Below the pieces are notes generated by a model that was given only the letters and a program-made list of their open reading frames with translations, made no database searches and was not told where the DNA came from. DNA of 64,000 nucleotides from contig NC_134477.1 in assembly GCF_964194025.1 (NCBI RefSeq), positions 53,878,001 to 53,942,000 of the forward strand, written 5' to 3'. Both the position numbers and the translations under genes were made by a program. Shown one piece after another: positions 62,801-64,000 of the stretch. Source of the stretch: Convolutriloba macropyga. Taxonomy: Eukaryota. Every line of letters begins with the position of its first letter. Within the stretch, counting starts at the first letter, position 1.

Positions 62801-64000
62801 GCCTGGATGAAGACGCAGAAGTTGATGAAGACCTGAGTGGGGATGGTTTCACTGATGGGAAAAGCGGAGCTGGCTTTTCGAAGTCGAAGACAAGTGAAGG
62901 AAAAAACGGAACAGCTGTTTCGAAGCCAGGCAGTAAACCTTCAGGTACTCAAGGCTCAAATGTATCGGCATCTGTTGTTCACTCCCGGGGTACTTATGGT
63001 CAGAGCGGAGTTACGGAAAACAATGATATCGGAGAGGAGGGCAGTAGTGCCGAGAAAAGTAAGTCAGCACTTTCGAAATCATTGGGAACGGCGGGAAAAA
63101 GTAGAACAGATACTGGGGGCTCCAGGAGTAAACCTTCCGGTAAAATTGGCCCCGAGCTTAGTGTTGAAGACAATCAGACTTCGACTTCATATGGAACACT
63201 GACTGAAACAGTTACAAAAGGTTCTAAACGGACGGAGGGCCTGGATGAAGACGCAGAAGTTGATGAAGACCTGAGTGGGGATGGTTTCACTGATGGGAAA
63301 AAGGGAGCTGGCTTTTCGAAGTCGAAGACAACCGAAGGAAAAAACGGAACAGCTGCTTCGATGCCAGGCAGTAAACCTTCAGGTACTCAAGATTCAAATG
63401 TATCGGCATCTATTGTTCACTCCCGGGGTACTTATGGTCAGAGCGGAGTTACGGAAAACAATGATATCGGAGAGGAGGGCAGTAGTGCCGCGAAAAGCAA
63501 GTCAGCACTTTCGAAATCATTGGGAACAGCGGGAAAAAGTAGAACAGATACTGGGGGCTCCAGGAGTAAACCTTCCGGTAAAATTGGCCCCGAGCTTAGT
63601 GTTGAAGACAATCGGACTTCGACTTCATATGGAACACTGACTGAAACAGTTACAAAAGGTTCTAAACGGACGGAGGGCCTGGATGAAGACGCAGAAGTTG
63701 ATGAAGACCTGAGTGGGGATGGTTTCACTGATGGGAAAAGTGGAGCTGGCTTTTCGAAGTCGAAGACAACCGAAGGAAAAAACGGAACAGCTGCTTCGAT
63801 GCCAGGCAGTAAACCTTCAGGTACTCAAGGGTCAAACGTATCGGCATCTGTTGTTCACTCCCGGGGTACTTATGGTCAGAGCGGAGTTACGGAAAACGAT
63901 GATCTCGGAGAGGAGGGCATTAGTACCGCGAAAAGCAAGTCAGCATTTTCGAAATCAATGGGAACAGCGCGAAAAAGTAGATCAGATACTGGGGGCTCCC
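49385..64000 (+). CDS. giant low-complexity repeat protein, 3'-truncated; proposed join(49385..49508,52889..53051,56955..>64000)
   Basis: ATG at 49385 follows an in-frame TGA. Exon phases 1 and 2 fit, giving MPGKKGIEKDDQNSSSSEDEE...DPFAPKPKKKDKTEKK... Confidence 0.65.
50088..52660 (+). mobile_element. HINE family A, ~2.6 kb, with degenerate internal tandem repeats
   Basis: AATAGCTGCGATAGC (50088) and GCTATCGTAGCTATT (52612), plus hairpin CCGGC-AGTCG-GCCGG (52629-52643). Confidence 0.7.
52889..53051 (+). CDS. giant repeat protein, second coding exon
   Basis: Acceptor TTTTTATGTAG with phase 1 match; ASSSDTVPDAFGGASQTDLNSDLPKTPG...; weak donor GTAGAG. Confidence 0.6.
53153..56675 (+). mobile_element. 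HINE family A-like element spanning most of an intron
   Basis: ATAGCTGCGA (53154) and TCGCAGCTAT (56636), plus hairpin CAGCA-ATC-TGCTG; (TA)n at 53840-53872 inside. Confidence 0.55.
56955..64000 (+). CDS. giant exon (>7 kb, >2,300 codons) encoding an S/G/K/T/E/D-rich disordered repeat protein
   Basis: Frame 1 is open from just after the TAA at 56950-56952 to the window end (non-repeat parts and representative repeat units translated by hand). Repeat periods are multiples of 3. Absent from the ORF track because no stop falls in the window. Confidence 0.9.
57421..59990 (+). repeat. coding tandem array: 114-bp (38-aa) units alternating A/B to form a 228-bp unit, 8 full units then degenerate
   Basis: GATCCAGAAACTGCTCTTCA-type start at 57421, 57649, 57877, 58105, 58333, 58561, 58789, 59017 and 59245. 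Confidence 0.97.
61220..64000 (+). repeat. coding tandem array: 438-bp (146-aa) unit, more than 6 copies, runs off the window
   Basis: CATCT(G/A)TTGTTCACTCCCGGGG at ~61223, 61655, 62093, 62531, 62969, 63407 and 63845. Confidence 0.97.

Noticed and set aside
61019-63728. series of 96-143-aa ORFs, mostly at 438-bp spacing
   Set aside because: Alternative-frame readings of the 438-bp coding repeat; each is interrupted by stops while frame 1 is not.

Overview
AT-rich, intron-containing eukaryotic genomic DNA, probably from an invertebrate (organism not determinable from sequence alone), with two N gaps. Genes, all on the + strand: (1) the 3' part of an uninterrupted ORF encoding a Cys-rich, probably extracellular protein with a ~457-aa tandem supradomain (<1-1640); (2) a complete 6-exon phosphoacetylglucosamine mutase PGM3 gene (24433-42756, 565 aa, all catalytic motifs present); (3) a tentative micro-exon gene (~43307-48837); (4) the 5' part of a giant low-complexity S/G/K/T/E/D protein gene whose third exon (56955->64000, absent from the ORF track) has over 2,300 uninterrupted codons with hierarchical 114/228/684-bp and 438-bp repeat arrays. 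Non-genic DNA is mostly mobile: decayed Penelope-like retroelements, a decayed CRE-like non-LTR retrotransposon, a 1,571-bp chimeric Penelope+CRE tandem array, a 1.04-kb fold-back palindrome and two GGG-terminated MITEs with 8-bp TSDs. At least three families of non-autonomous Helentron-type elements (HINE/DINE-1 architecture) fill the introns. They nest in one another, show covarying sub-terminal inverted repeats and carry interchangeable cargo, including a tRNA-derived Pol III cassette shared between two different terminal families.
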